IMG/VR virus record: IMGVR_UViG_3300024999_000018
Coordinates: 1 to 50,113 of that record
DNA: 50,113 nucleotides
DNA from: a virus
Lineage: Duplodnaviria > Caudoviricetes
Direction: 5' to 3' (one strand)
The position numbers were made by a program, and so were the translations under genes. This document shows, one piece after another, positions 9,245 to 18,559 of the stretch. The notes below the pieces were generated by a model that did not search any database, was not told the origin of the DNA, and saw only the letters and a program-made list of their open reading frames with translations. Each line of letters begins with the position of its first letter. The first letter of the stretch is position 1.

Positions 9245-11281
9245 CTATTTAATTTTGATTACAAGGAATCCTTCAATCGGAACTATATATCCATCTTCAC
9301 TTTCTCCATACTTCCCACCCAATATCTGCTCATGGGTTACTGGAAGATTCCCAGTTCTCTTCCTAGTACGAGTATTGTAATCAGCATTAGTCCAAGTCAA
9401 CTTACCTCCTACTACCTCAATTCCATTCTCTCCACTTCCAGTTGCATCATCCACACTTAAATCAAGAAGTGCTACATACTGGTAGTTCTCTGCATCTACA
9501 CTATTATCATATACTGTAAATGCTGTCTGCTCAAAAGCAACTGCGGCACCTGTAGGTAAGTAGAGTTGAGATCTGTGCATAATAGAATTAGCCCCCGTCC
9601 CATAACTCCAATAATCTCCACCCCATGCTACCGGTGTATACCAGTTATCATGTTCAGTATCTGCTCTATGAAACACTCTATGCCAAGTAGTAAGATGCTG
9701 AATAGTATCTATATTAATCAATAGCTGTACATCTGCTATCTCAGGTCTTACTAAATTAGTTACTAAATAATGCTCCTCACACTTAACTCTAAATTCATAT
9801 TCATGACCACTGACTAGATTCCCTACAGGAATTTCTACATCCTTCCTCACCCAACCCTCATCCAATATCCACTCCTGTTCAGATCCTGCTACCATACTAT
9901 TGGTATCAATATCGAACAATGCCACGTAAAGAGGATTAAGTTCATTAGGAGATATTTTGTAATTAAGAGTAACATTCTTTCTTAAATCTGTAGATCCGGG
10001 TACCACTGTCATTACTGCATCTGTGATCATTCTTCCAGGATTCACCGTTACAGTAAACCATTTAGTTCCATGCTGCCAAGGATTACCATCATACTGCCAT
10101 CCCATAAATACATCTACACTACCACTAATTCCACTAAGATCAGGATATACTGTAGTCTCCCAGGGATGGGGTTCTGGCTCAAAGAAGGAATCCGTAACAG
10201 GTGTGAAGATACCCCCAGTACACCCATCTTGCCATACTATATCCCAACCAGTTCCACTAATTCCTGTAGCTCCACTACATGCAGTATCTGCCGTAGTAGT
10301 AGGAGCAGTGTACATTCCCCAGTATGAGTGAATAATCCATGGGAGGTAATTTATAAGTACTATAGTCTTAACAGTATATAAAGGACTGCTAGGACTTCTA
10401 GCCAGTACTGACATAACTACTTTAGATACAGTACTTATTTCATCAGAAGAGTATCTCCATACATTAGTTACTTCATCTGAACTTACCCAGCTTCCACTAG
10501 TACCTGGCCACTTGTTAGTATAATCATTTACATTAGTATATCCAGTTTGATTAAATATTCCAAATCCCACAGGAAGACTTATATGATCTACAGTATCCCC
10601 CTGTGCAATGTATGAGTAATCAGACCCAAACATTGGGATTTGAATTCTAGTCTTGGTAGCTTCATTCTGTGTTACTATAATTCTAGCATTAGATATTACC
10701 ACTTCAAGAGGGTATGAAAGAATTTCTGCAGCCCCATCACTCATATCAAATTTCAGGCCATAATTAGTAGCTCCTACTATTGGAGTAAACTCCTCCCTTA
10801 TCCTAAAGAGTTCATACCCAGTAGTACCTTCTGTATTAGCAGGGATTGTAATCTCATGGCATATAGTATAAGTATCATCTACTAACACCACCTTAAAAGG
10901 TGATGCAGTAGTATTCATAGCTATAACTTCAAACTCAAACTTCACAACTCCATCATAGTCCAGTGGATCAAAACTAATAAAGGTTTCCATTCCATAGAGA
11001 TAATCACATGCTGCAGAGAGTCCTACATGGGAGGTTTCCGCTGGTAACATCTCATGATAAACTTCGAACATAGGAATTACCTCCTCTGGAGGGGCAGTAT
11101 ATGGAAGTCTCGGCCAATACCCACAAGGGTCATGCTTTTCCCTATCCGTGATTCCATCTTGGTCTACAACCCACACTGGATTAAGAACACTAGTAGTCTT
11201 ATCTCCCTCGTCGTAGGTGTTCTTAATCACAGGAATACAGATCCAAGGACTCTGCCCCTTATATGTCAACCAATCTGCCAT
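9245..11281 (-). CDS. Putative tail/receptor-binding protein
   Basis: 678 aa, beta-rich, aromatic- and Thr-rich, within tail block. Confidence 0.5.
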   Translation of the reverse strand: MADWLTYKGQSPWICIPVIKNTYDEGDKTTSVLNPVWVVDQDGITDREKHDPCGYWPRLPYTAPPEEVIPMFEVYHEMLPAETSHVGLSAACDYLYGMETFISFDPLDYDGVVKFEFEVIAMNTTASPFKVVLVDDTYTICHEITIPANTEGTTGYELFRIREEFTPIVGATNYGLKFDMSDGAAEILSYPLEVVISNARIIVTQNEATKTRIQIPMFGSDYSYIAQGDTVDHISLPVGFGIFNQTGYTNVNDYTNKWPGTSGSWVSSDEVTNVWRYSSDEISTVSKVVMSVLARSPSSPLYTVKTIVLINYLPWIIHSYWGMYTAPTTTADTACSGATGISGTGWDIVWQDGCTGGIFTPVTDSFFEPEPHPWETTVYPDLSGISGSVDVFMGWQYDGNPWQHGTKWFTVTVNPGRMITDAVMTVVPGSTDLRKNVTLNYKISPNELNPLYVALFDIDTNSMVAGSEQEWILDEGWVRKDVEIPVGNLVSGHEYEFRVKCEEHYLVTNLVRPEIADVQLLINIDTIQHLTTWHRVFHRADTEHDNWYTPVAWGGDYWSYGTGANSIMHRSQLYLPTGAAVAFEQTAFTVYDNSVDAENYQYVALLDLSVDDATGSGENGIEVVGGKLTWTNADYNTRTRKRTGNLPVTHEQILGGKYGESEDGYIVPIEGFLVIKIK

Positions 11282-11772
11282 TAGCGTAAGTATCCTGTAA
11301 TAATCTGACCATTAAAGTTACAGATGGCCCCAACCTTGGGAGCCACACCTGAGACTGCATACACATGAGTTGAGGGATCTCGAACCACACTCACTGTACC
11401 ATTACTCAAGTAAATCCAATCGTGACTTGATGCGATATTCCATTTCCCTCCACCTCCCAATCCAGCTATCACACTCATTAGGGAGCCACTTCTCAACTCA
11501 AGAATAGATGTCTCATTACACACTAGGACATGACGCTCCGTCAAGAATAGTTGAGGGAATGGAAAGTTATCCATCACCACCATAGGATCACTCAGCAATG
11601 CCGAAATCTCCATAGAGTCCAGAGTCCTAAGCACTCCATCCTGCCCCACTGCCCCATCACACTTAGTCAGGTAAGGATTGTTGCGAGGATTCTTCTGATT
11701 ACTTCGCAATCCATGCTTAAGATCCTCCGCTCGCCACTCATGTGAGAAGTAGCCATTAGGTAAAGTTTTCAT
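11281..11772 (-). CDS. Tail nozzle/stabilisation-like protein (N-terminal part)
   Basis: Beta-propeller-like segments (WIYLSNG, AICNFNGQII); follows the adaptor genes. Confidence 0.45.
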   Translation of the reverse strand: MKTLPNGYFSHEWRAEDLKHGLRSNQKNPRNNPYLTKCDGAVGQDGVLRTLDSMEISALLSDPMVVMDNFPFPQLFLTERHVLVCNETSILELRSGSLMSVIAGLGGGGKWNIASSHDWIYLSNGTVSVVRDPSTHVYAVSGVAPKVGAICNFNGQIITGYLR

Positions 11773-12119
11773 AACAGACCATTCACACTAAGATTAAGAG
11801 CACCTATTTCCACCTTATCCATGGAGACTCCACTCTTTAGGGCTATCTGAGATCTAATCTTAGGAATAGCCGCCGTGAGTATATCATCATACTTACTAGT
11901 CGGACTATCACTCTCCAACTTAGCCACCACCTCCCGGACAATAGCCTCATGACCTCTGAAGTCCTTGTTGTCCCCATAGAACTTCTCATTAATCTTAGCA
12001 TATATCGAGTGAGAGGCCATCAGATTCCCCACTACCTCTGGCAGAATCCTTAGCATCCTCTCCACTGCAGCCTCTATCACTTCACTTCGTTCTGAAGGGG
12101 TCATCCGTTCATCTCCCAT
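11769..12119 (-). CDS. Hypothetical protein
   Basis: ORF overlapping both neighbours in the operon. Confidence 0.6.
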   Translation of the reverse strand: MGDERMTPSERSEVIEAAVERMLRILPEVVGNLMASHSIYAKINEKFYGDNKDFRGHEAIVREVVAKLESDSPTSKYDDILTAAIPKIRSQIALKSGVSMDKVEIGALNLSVNGLL

Positions 12120-12853
12120 ATCTGTGAAATTTCCTGCTCAATGAAATCCTTCTCGATGTTAACCAACTCTTCCTCAACAAGGGCGCTCCAACTCTGAGCA
12201 CTCTTCGATCCCTTGTAAAGTATCTCTAGGCTCCTCATCGCGCTCATTACTAGAAGCTGGGGATGCTCTATGGACCACCAACCTTCATCCCCATCATCTT
12301 CTAGCTTCGAGTTATAAAAGAGTCCGGAGATCTCCAGAGAATAGGCCCCATCGCATGGAGGAAGGAGTATGAGTCCATTATACGTAGGGTCATAAGGAGA
12401 GACGGTATCCAGATAGGTCTGAAGCGTAGCGGAGTCGGCCGAGGGGACTTCATCATCTGGAGATCGCCGGAGGTTAGTGGCATAGCAACAAGAGGGTCTC
12501 CCCTGAGTAGCACTGCTCAACGGAGTCGTGTACATATTGGCTACAAACTTACTGTGGAGCCCTTTGAGGTACTCCGTGTCTAGGATGGGAAGAGGGATTC
12601 TATTATCACTGTTCATGACCCACACCTCGGTCACCGCTCTGCAATTCTTAAAAGTAACTAGATAATCTCCTTGGATCAAATCCTTGAAGATCTTCCCCCT
12701 ACTCCCCCCTACATTAATCCTACGCTCCAGGGAGCGCTGGCCTTCTTGAATATAGAAGTCCGCTCCATTATTCCCGAAGTCAATAGAGTCCACCACTAAA
12801 TCATAACGCCCTGTGGCTTCGACAAACATCTTGCGAATTTCTTTAAGATTCAT
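12101..12853 (-). CDS. Head-tail adaptor (tail tubular A-like)
   Basis: Follows the capsid gene; start moved to ATG 12853 (MNLKEIRK); WWSIEHPQLLV motif. Confidence 0.6.
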   Translation of the reverse strand: MNLKEIRKMFVEATGRYDLVVDSIDFGNNGADFYIQEGQRSLERRINVGGSRGKIFKDLIQGDYLVTFKNCRAVTEVWVMNSDNRIPLPILDTEYLKGLHSKFVANMYTTPLSSATQGRPSCCYATNLRRSPDDEVPSADSATLQTYLDTVSPYDPTYNGLILLPPCDGAYSLEISGLFYNSKLEDDGDEGWWSIEHPQLLVMSAMRSLEILYKGSKSAQSWSALVEEELVNIEKDFIEQEISQIWEMNG

Positions 12854-12858
12854 TTTGA

Positions 12859-12887
12859 TTCCTATGTTACAAAATGTAATATAGCAA
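12859..12887. repeat. 29-bp palindromic motif copy 3
   Basis: ttcctatgttaca-aaa-tgtaatatagcaa. Confidence 0.92.
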
Positions 12888-12912
12888 TGGAGGGGCCACT
12901 CAGACCCCTCCA
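12888..12912 (-). terminator. Hairpin after the major capsid gene
   Basis: TGGAGGGG/CCCCTCCA stem; weak U-tract. Confidence 0.55.
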
Positions 12913-12931
12913 CATATTCCCCTACCTCAGA

Positions 12932-14236
12932 TTAGGAGAGGGTATTATCCAGACCGATCCCATTCAAGTAGCCCCAACCATCCGGATGATGATACTCAAG
13001 GCCACCCTCAGTCAGGTACTCTTCCTTGATTCCGTCACGATTGGTCCACCCGCCTTTCTCCATCGTAGTATCATTCTTATACATCGTGTCGTCGATGAAG
13101 CGGAACTTCAGGTCCTTGGGCTCGAAGATTACCAGAGAATTTCTGGTAGTGGGCTCGAACGAGAAGAGAGGATGAGTCATCAGGTTGATCTCCCCAAATG
13201 CCGTGACCCACCGAGTAACTTTGATACCATAGTCAACCGTTGCTGAGGAATAGTCAAAATTCCCTCCAGCCTTGATCAACTTATTAATTCCAAGGATGGC
13301 GCCACTTCCCGCCAGGGCCAACTTCTCCCGTCCACCATACCTGAAGATCTGCTCCAACTGGATATCCAGCCACTCTTCCCCTGAGGTCAACCAGGTGTCC
13401 GCGGTGAAGTCTGTATCCAGTGCATAGTTCTTGACGAGGCCTGCAGTCACTACTCCATTATACCCACCTTTGATGGCAGGAATCAAACCGAGAGTGGTAC
13501 GCTCAGGCTTGCCGTTGTCACCTGTACGCTCAGAGGGTACACCGAAGAGGAAGGCTTTCTCCATCTCAATGGAATGCATCTCGAGGGCCTCACGCTTGGC
13601 TTCCTTATACTGGTCACCAGTCCTCAGACGAGTCTTCATCGCAGTCCGAGTCATCTCCAGAGGAGTGCGGAAGATCTGAGTATAATTATACCACTTGGTC
13701 GGATCGTAGGCAATAGCGTCCGGCATAGCGGCACCCTCAGAATTAATATTCCCCACGATCAGTGCCACATCACAATCACTCAGGTCACCCAAACTGGAGT
13801 TGTTATCCGCTTCCAGAAGGAGGCAGGAGATGTAGGAAGATGCACCATTAACTGTAATAGCCGTAACCTTAGCATTGACATCAACTGTCAGGTCACTGGC
13901 GTCACGAAGGAGGACTTGATGCCCGGCGCGGAAGTGAGCAATGTCTGCTGCACTCATCTTCACATAGACCATGGAGCCTGCGGCCCCACCACTCACATAC
14001 ACTACACTCAACCCTGTGTCCGTGTAGACTCCAGTCACAGTCGCCCTCTGATTGGGAAGAGATTTGGTCCACCAGTTGAACTCCGGATCATCAGTCTTCT
14101 CACTGGCCATCTTACTCAAAATGGCAGTAAGAGGGGCCATACCATTAGGGTAACGATAAAGGATGGTTTCTCTCCAATTCTTCGGACGCTGATCAGCTAC
14201 CCAGTCACCAGTACCACGCATACCTAAAAATGCCAT
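12932..14236 (-). CDS. Major capsid protein
   Basis: YNYTQIFRTP...EMEKAFLFG pattern of SU10/DUF5309-type capsids; 434 aa; GAGGT RBS; downstream of scaffold. Confidence 0.85.
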   Translation of the reverse strand: MAFLGMRGTGDWVADQRPKNWRETILYRYPNGMAPLTAILSKMASEKTDDPEFNWWTKSLPNQRATVTGVYTDTGLSVVYVSGGAAGSMVYVKMSAADIAHFRAGHQVLLRDASDLTVDVNAKVTAITVNGASSYISCLLLEADNNSSLGDLSDCDVALIVGNINSEGAAMPDAIAYDPTKWYNYTQIFRTPLEMTRTAMKTRLRTGDQYKEAKREALEMHSIEMEKAFLFGVPSERTGDNGKPERTTLGLIPAIKGGYNGVVTAGLVKNYALDTDFTADTWLTSGEEWLDIQLEQIFRYGGREKLALAGSGAILGINKLIKAGGNFDYSSATVDYGIKVTRWVTAFGEINLMTHPLFSFEPTTRNSLVIFEPKDLKFRFIDDTMYKNDTTMEKGGWTNRDGIKEEYLTEGGLEYHHPDGWGYLNGIGLDNTLS

Positions 14237-14297
14237 AATATTTACCTCATTAGTTATTAAAGAAAGAAGTTGTTAAAATCCTAATGGTCACCTAAGA

Positions 14298-14969
14298 TTA
14301 GGTAGTACCAGTGAACTTAAGAAGAATTGTCCCATAGGTTAAGGTGTTAGCCAAAGTTCCCGAGGCTGCCACATTAATCCTCAACCTATCCCCAGCAGCC
14401 ACATTAAGATCTGCAGCAGTCGCTGTCAGGAAAAGATATCTCTTTCCATTCGCGACCAGGGCCGTACCACCAGTTGCCTTAGTAGTGTTAGTAGCATCTG
14501 CCAGCAACATTACTGTAGATCCAGCACCTGCCTGGGTCAGGTTAGTAATGGAGAATGTAACGTAGTTAGTATCATTAGTTGTCAATGCATCTACGCAACT
14601 AAACAATACTTGAGCCAGAGCTCCTGCCTCTGGTACCGTCACAAATGCATAATTATTACCAGCAGACGTAGCAATTGTGGCAAACGTTGTCTGGATGAAT
14701 TTAGATGCCAAAGGTCCACTGGCCTTAGCTCGAGTCACAGCACCTGAAGCAATCGTAACTGCACCAGTATTAGCCATGGTGACATCACTACTCAAGGCAA
14801 CACTGGTAAGGGTAGTACCGTTACCAACCAGAACTTTAGTGGTATCCTTGGCTACCAATGCTGCAGCCACCCCAGCAGAATTCCCCAACAGAATACTCCC
14901 CTGCGCCAGAGGTATCGTAGTAGACAACATCCTACTAGCTACCATTCCTAACTTTCCTGCAAAACTCAT
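14298..14969 (-). CDS. Putative capsid decoration/fibre protein
   Basis: Ala/Thr/Gly-rich, between scaffold and capsid genes. Confidence 0.5.
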   Translation of the reverse strand: MSFAGKLGMVASRMLSTTIPLAQGSILLGNSAGVAAALVAKDTTKVLVGNGTTLTSVALSSDVTMANTGAVTIASGAVTRAKASGPLASKFIQTTFATIATSAGNNYAFVTVPEAGALAQVLFSCVDALTTNDTNYVTFSITNLTQAGAGSTVMLLADATNTTKATGGTALVANGKRYLFLTATAADLNVAAGDRLRINVAASGTLANTLTYGTILLKFTGTT

Positions 14970-14996
14970 ATATACTCTCCTTTAGGTAGCCCCAGA

Positions 14997-15476
14997 TCAG
15001 TCAGCAGCTGTAAGAGTGATGCCCGCGGCTACAGCAGCAATACCGGAGACATACCAACTAGTACCATCACATACGAGATCCACATAATCTCCAACTACTG
15101 CGGAACTTCCCACGAAGGAAATTGTATCTCCAGCCGTAGCAGAGGTGGTCCCATTCCCATCGGCAATACATACTACATGCCCTATGAGGAGATTCGCAAG
15201 ACCAGGAGTAACAATCGTATAGTTAGCACCTGCCGGAGCAAGTTTACATACGAACCTATAATTGAGACCTGCTGCCACAGGGGGCAGAGTGGTGACAAAC
15301 TCCGTCGCATGAGCCAGAAAGAATGTAGTCCCACTCTCTGAAGCTAGTACTTGACGTGTTGCAGCCAAGGTGACCACAGGTACTTTCCCACCAACTGTCC
15401 CACCTGAACTTACGTTACCAGTTACAGTAACATTTCCTACTGACAGTCCATCTATGAACTTACCTTCACCTGCCAT
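14997..15476 (-). CDS. Putative capsid decoration protein
   Basis: TLP...GLNYRF...DLVCDGTSWYV beta-sandwich pattern common in virion proteins. Confidence 0.5.
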   Translation of the reverse strand: MAGEGKFIDGLSVGNVTVTGNVSSGGTVGGKVPVVTLAATRQVLASESGTTFFLAHATEFVTTLPPVAAGLNYRFVCKLAPAGANYTIVTPGLANLLIGHVVCIADGNGTTSATAGDTISFVGSSAVVGDYVDLVCDGTSWYVSGIAAVAAGITLTAAD

Positions 15477-15491
15477 AATAATCTCCTTTAA

Positions 15492-16286
15492 TTAGTCCTC
15501 AATAAATTCGTCAATCTCACTCTGAAGTGAGCTCTTACTTGGAGGCGTCCTCCTCGACGTCTGCGTACCACCCGGTAACACTGGAGGAGTTACCTTTGGT
15601 TTGACGGGAGGAATCGCCTGAATATTCAATGCTGCCTTAGAGACCTTTGCTGCCTCAGCAAGCACCTGACCAACCTGCCAGTCAGGATGCTCAGCAGCTA
15701 CGGTATTCGCTACGTTTGCCACGTACTGTTTTACTGCACCAAGTTCAGGATAGGTGTTATAGAACTCCTCCCTTACCTTGGTCATACTAGTCTGCTGGGT
15801 CACCACCTGAGGAACAATCCCTTGGACATGCGTAACGGTGGCCTTACTAGCCGCTTTGATTACACTACCCAAGAAGGACATGAACTTGTCCTTGTGCTCC
15901 ATGATCTCATCGAAATCAGCTCCGTCCATTAACTCCTTGAGGTCTATCTCAGGCTCCGCAGCCACCTCAGTGGCAACCTTCGGGGCCGATAGAGAATCCA
16001 CTAACTGGGTCAAGGAAGAAACTTGCTCCCTAAGAGCAGTAACCTCATCCACAACAGGAGGAATAACCTCCTCTTCCATTCCTTCAACTTTCTCCCCTTC
16101 GGACTCAGCACCTTCAAGTGCATCTCCCTCAACGGGCTTTGTTTCAGGTATGGGCTCTCCATTCCCTTCTACCTCTTCAGTTACTTCAACAACAGGAGTA
16201 TCATCCAAAAAGTTTCCGATCTCATCTTCCAAACTGACAGGGGCCATCGCATCCTCAGCCTGGACATCTTCAATCTCCTCAGCCAT
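15492..16286 (-). CDS. Capsid scaffolding protein
   Basis: Acidic N-terminus, helical, between portal and capsid. Confidence 0.65.
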   Translation of the reverse strand: MAEEIEDVQAEDAMAPVSLEDEIGNFLDDTPVVEVTEEVEGNGEPIPETKPVEGDALEGAESEGEKVEGMEEEVIPPVVDEVTALREQVSSLTQLVDSLSAPKVATEVAAEPEIDLKELMDGADFDEIMEHKDKFMSFLGSVIKAASKATVTHVQGIVPQVVTQQTSMTKVREEFYNTYPELGAVKQYVANVANTVAAEHPDWQVGQVLAEAAKVSKAALNIQAIPPVKPKVTPPVLPGGTQTSRRTPPSKSSLQSEIDEFIED

Positions 16287-16571
16287 TTACTTGTCCTCCG
16301 GCTCCTTAAGAGCCTCTTCTGAATTGTTTAATAGATCGGTGAAAATCCCTCCGATCAACCTCAATGCGCTTAGAGCGCCTTTAGTCTCCAGGTACTTATC
16401 CTTAGGACAGACTTCATAGAAGTCTCTCATGTCCTCAATTCTAACTTTAATTTCCTCTAGGAAATCCCTATACAACTGACCTTCCATAAAATCTGAGATC
16501 TGATTAGGGAGAGTCTTTGGAGTATAATCCCTTTTAGGAGCAAGGATCTCTTCCAACAATGAGTTGCTCAC
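16287..16571 (-). CDS. Hypothetical head assembly protein
   Basis: Small ORF coupled to portal. Confidence 0.55.
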   Translation of the reverse strand: MSNSLLEEILAPKRDYTPKTLPNQISDFMEGQLYRDFLEEIKVRIEDMRDFYEVCPKDKYLETKGALSALRLIGGIFTDLLNNSEEALKEPEDK

Positions 16572-18520
16572 ATTGCACCTCCCACGGGAACAAGATTCCC
16601 CTGCTGCACCTGATTGGCCACAGCTTCATTGGGCATCACCTTGGGCTGAATATCTCCACCCCTCCTCACAAAGTCATTCACATTCTTGGCCCCAAGATTT
16701 CGAGCTATATGTGTGAAGATACGGACTATGTCAAAGTTCTGGGCAAGCTCCGGAGAGGATGCCAAGGTCTGGAATAACTGTAACCAACTAGAGGAGTAAT
16801 TTCCCCCAGGTACAGACCCATCCCTAACCACCACATCATAATTGATGTTGAGGGTGTCAGGAGATACCTGGATGCGGCCACGATTAATATCCTGCCCATA
16901 TTCCTTAATCAATACTTCTTGCCAATCTCCAGCCAACTTAACATAAGCCGGGATAGTCATCATCTGCTTATTGTGATGTCCGAAGAAGGATCCGATATCT
17001 TGCATCCCCTGCATCCCAACCACCTTAGCTATTCGCTCCAACCTATTGATCCCCCCACCCATAGTTCCTTGGAACTCTGTGGAAGTGAGGCGCTCAGGAC
17101 CGCCTTGACGAAGGGAGCCCTGCATGCTGGCATCGGCTCCAGATATTCGATCCATCCACTGAACGATCCAGGTAGAATCCGCAACATTTCCTCGAGTGAC
17201 ATCAGAGACATTAAGCTGGGCTGCGACATCTTTTACTCCTCTACCCCACGCAGGGCGACGAAGTCTGATGAGTTTACCCTCAGAAGGGTTCTTCAAATCA
17301 TTTGAGTTGACTTGGTAAGGGTCATAGATAATCATATCATGTATGGCCTTCCTTACATTGGCCACATGACTATTAAACATGAAGTCTAGGACTCCTTGCA
17401 TACCATGAAGAATTTCTATCCTAGAGACTGGGGACATCGAGTAGCCATCATAGTCAGGAGCTATCACACTAACAGGAAACTTATTGTGGCTGTTGTTGGC
17501 CGGCTTAGCACAGATGACTATCTCATCAGACCCCAGTTCAAAGTACCATATCTCGGGGTATTCTCCATCACCAAGTCCCCAGTCTTTAGGAATGATCTTG
17601 ATGAACATCTTAATTCGATCCAAGTTATTGGTCACCCCATCTGCTGCATTTGTTCTGGAGGCCAAACCAGACTTTGCCCCACGTCCAGAGTTATCCCCTA
17701 CAAATATGCAGGACCTCTTCCCCGTGAGCTTCTTAAGATACTTCACATTGAACATCGTGGGATCATTCTTCTCAGCAGTCAACAGGTCCATGTAATTAGA
17801 GGGGGCAACCCACCCGTTGAACTCTCCTCTCTGAGGCTCGTGAATCGGGACATTGGGATCTGGAAGATAGAGGTAAGGGTCAATATTCTCCAAAGCATTC
17901 CCCTCAAAGAAGGTTACATCCTCTGTGATTGTCTCTGCCTTAGTACCAAATCCCATGAAACCAGGCTTCTCCACAGTCCGAGTAGTGGTCCCAGTCTCTT
18001 TAACCCATGTAGGAGTGGTGACTCCAAATCCATATGAGAATGCATCTCGTGCCTGGGTGTGAAGATTCAACCCTACCTTATTCTTAGTACACTGAACAGC
18101 AATCAACTTTTCAAGGAGGATAGCACCAATCACATCACTCGGCCCATTTCCTTCGTACCTGAAAATCGGATCCTGAAGGAACGCAGCCACATAGTAAGAG
18201 AGAAGGGTCTCCAGGACTGTGTAAGAATAAGGAAATACAATACTAACTGGCTTCCTAGAATCTTCATCCTTGACCTTTCGCTCCTTATCGTCTGGTGCTA
18301 TGTAGGCAGTAAGTGTGAAGTCAATATTGTTCCAAGTATTATGCCTTACAGACATTACATTGGCACTGGACCTGGCTCTCTCCAAGACTGCATCCCGGAT
18401 CTTAGTATGAAGTTTAGACCCTGGCTTAAGGTCCAACCCATCTGGATATTCATACTGAAAGGACTGCCCGTAGATAGAACTGTCTGAGGCCCTGGAATCT
18501 CCGTGAATTATTGCTGGCAT
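16568..18520 (-). CDS. Portal protein
   Basis: 650 aa directly after TerL; SGADASMQG...TSTE segment typical of podovirus portals. Confidence 0.8.
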   Translation of the reverse strand: MPAIIHGDSRASDSSIYGQSFQYEYPDGLDLKPGSKLHTKIRDAVLERARSSANVMSVRHNTWNNIDFTLTAYIAPDDKERKVKDEDSRKPVSIVFPYSYTVLETLLSYYVAAFLQDPIFRYEGNGPSDVIGAILLEKLIAVQCTKNKVGLNLHTQARDAFSYGFGVTTPTWVKETGTTTRTVEKPGFMGFGTKAETITEDVTFFEGNALENIDPYLYLPDPNVPIHEPQRGEFNGWVAPSNYMDLLTAEKNDPTMFNVKYLKKLTGKRSCIFVGDNSGRGAKSGLASRTNAADGVTNNLDRIKMFIKIIPKDWGLGDGEYPEIWYFELGSDEIVICAKPANNSHNKFPVSVIAPDYDGYSMSPVSRIEILHGMQGVLDFMFNSHVANVRKAIHDMIIYDPYQVNSNDLKNPSEGKLIRLRRPAWGRGVKDVAAQLNVSDVTRGNVADSTWIVQWMDRISGADASMQGSLRQGGPERLTSTEFQGTMGGGINRLERIAKVVGMQGMQDIGSFFGHHNKQMMTIPAYVKLAGDWQEVLIKEYGQDINRGRIQVSPDTLNINYDVVVRDGSVPGGNYSSSWLQLFQTLASSPELAQNFDIVRIFTHIARNLGAKNVNDFVRRGGDIQPKVMPNEAVANQVQQGNLVPVGGAM

Positions 18521-18525
18521 ATTAT

Positions 18526-18554
18526 TTCCTATGTTCCATTTTGTAACGTAGCAA
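18526..18554. repeat. 29-bp palindromic motif copy 4
   Basis: ttcctatgttcca-ttt-tgtaacgtagcaa; fills most of the TerL-portal gap. Confidence 0.9.
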
Positions 18555-18559
18555 TCCCT

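Noticed and set aside
13431-18487. Long antisense ORFs (13574-14227, 15838-16419, 17396-18037 and similar)
   Set aside because: Shadow frames of well-supported capsid, scaffold and portal genes, with no RBS or motifs
18526-18554. Motif as an intrinsic terminator or conserved RNA hairpin
   Set aside because: AT-rich stem, non-compensated mismatches, no U-tract; separate GC-rich hairpins already lie beside several copies
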